Shown: piece by piece, positions 62,723-64,000 of the stretch | Position numbering within the stretch: position 1 is the first letter of the stretch | How the letters are laid out: each line of letters starts with the position of its first letter | Source of the DNA: Folioceros fuciformis | Taxonomy: Eukaryota | Length of the DNA stretch: 64,000 nt | Assembly: GCA_049999805.1 (NCBI GenBank) | Contig: JBNGIO010006109.1 | Coordinates: 1-64,000, forward strand | Direction: 5' to 3' | Notes under the pieces: model-generated | Database searches by the model: none | The model's input: the letters and a program-made list of their open reading frames with translations, nothing else | Told to the model about the DNA's origin: nothing | Made by a program: the position numbers and the translations under genes

Positions 62723-63466
62723 ATGGCCAAGACCATCGACAGGGTAGTGCTCGTGGAGCCGCAGAAGGAAGCCAAGAAGGCGCGCAAGAAGTCGGGAGGA
62801 AGGAACAAGGCCATATCTCAGGACAAGGAGAACCTGTGTGTTTTTCACGAGAATGCGTTCGTGGATGGCCAAGTCGTGAGCAGGAGTCCTCTCCCTCCAG
62901 ATTATCCCCGTATTCCCCTCCAGGATATTACTGCGGTTCTCAGTCCTGCCAATGTACTATCCTTCTCCTCTAAGACTCGTTCTTCGCTTTGTCGGGCCCG
63001 CAGATGCATCTTGGCTGTGGTTTTTGAGGTTTTGAGGCTGGTTCTGACGAATACTCTTGGATCGCAGGTTATGCACGACGACGAAAGCGAAAGGAGCTCT
63101 AGAAGCTTGCCCGCGACCAGGTCCAAGACAAGGAAGAGTGTGGCTCCTTGGCCTTTGCGGTATGAACTGACTATCGTGGAGAACCAGAAGGCTATAACTC
63201 CTGAGGTTCTCTGCCAGAAGACTGTCGAGGATCTCGCTCAGGCCACAGACCTCAAGGGCACCACTGGTCTCTCCAAGGGAATTGAAGAGTCAGAGCTCGC
63301 TCTCTCAGCTACTAAGTGCGACAAGGATGAAAATGAGGGTCAGCAGAGACGTGCCCCAGATGAAGAGGACTGTGCACCTGCTCGGCAGCCGCAGAAGAGA
63401 AGGCGACCTCAGCCAAGGGCTCCAGCTGCACCCGAAAGGGGCACGAGCGTTCTCAAATTTCGATGA
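62723..63466 (+). CDS. UVI4/OSD1 (POLYCHOME/GIGAS CELL1)-like APC/C regulator; probable intron 62954-63067
   Basis: DKEN, SPLPPDYPRIPLQDIT (family motif LPSWYPRTPLRDIT containing a D-box) and terminal SVLKFR resembling the MR tail. Confidence 0.72.
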   Translation: MAKTIDRVVLVEPQKEAKKARKKSGGRNKAISQDKENLCVFHENAFVDGQVVSRSPLPPDYPRIPLQDITAVLSPANVLSFSSKTRSSLCRARRCILAVVFEVLRLVLTNTLGSQVMHDDESERSSRSLPATRSKTRKSVAPWPLRYELTIVENQKAITPEVLCQKTVEDLAQATDLKGTTGLSKGIEESELALSATKCDKDENEGQQRRAPDEEDCAPARQPQKRRRPQPRAPAAPERGTSVLKFR

Positions 63467-64000
63467 TCTCATGTCCTGCATCCACCTCTCCATGACTGCT
63501 TGTCTTTCCTTGTTTTTCGTCAACACAGGTCATGATTCCGGGTATGCCAGACCTTCGAGGTTTTCATCTAGAAAGCCACTTTGCTGGTGTCGTAGCTCAT
63601 GGCTCTGTTTCCCAGCCAAGTTGCAGGTTCCTTGTGCAGCTGCTGTACCATGCTCTCCTTCCTAGAATGGCCTTCTTCTGTTCACCTAGCTTGCCGACCA
63701 AGTGTCGATGAGGGTTGTCATGCTGGTTTCAACATCTCTCACACTGCCTTTTGACAATCTAAGTTAAAATCTGGTGGAAGTATTCAAACACGAGGTGAGC
63801 GCTCAGCTTGGGCACACTTTGGAAGACTGGCTCGTGGAAGCAAACCCTGAGTCTGTATTCCAAATTTCAGGTATCCAACACAGTGGTGCTGCATTTGGGA
63901 GCCTGTTGAGGAGCAAGATTCAAGTAGTGCAGGCAGACGCTTGCACCCGGCGTAGGACTTTCGTAGTCATTACTTCAGTATTAACCCGTGTACATTGCAT

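Overview
Gene-dense nuclear DNA from a land plant with short introns (about 70-150 bp). A hornwort such as Anthoceros is inferred from compactness and a WW-type PLS-PPR, but the species cannot be proven from this window. In order: a decayed Ty1/copia element (RT-RNase H, PPT, 3' LTR) with extra antisense ORFs; P-class PPR; ectodomain-less receptor-like kinase; intronless DOHH; malectin-LRR receptor kinase; MFL1-like carrier; disrupted Mx/DRP4-like dynamin; orphan coiled-coil/CCHC ORF; AT-rich repeat block; multi-exon PPR; DeSI/PPPDE peptidase; SKIP24-like F-box; LTR-like repeat; peroxisomal 2,4-dienoyl-CoA reductase; bacterial-XylB-like FGGY kinase; germin-like protein; PLS-E+ PPR; SMUBP-2-like helicase; and a head-to-head SKA3-like / UVI4-OSD1-like pair sharing a CHR/MSA-rich promoter. 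No rRNA, tRNA or CRISPR array was recognised. No wholly new system is demonstrated; best leads are the copia antisense gene, the bidirectional mitotic locus, the WW-type PPR with a possible DYW relic and the FGGY kinase. Exon boundaries were read by eye and family calls come from remembered motifs, not searches.
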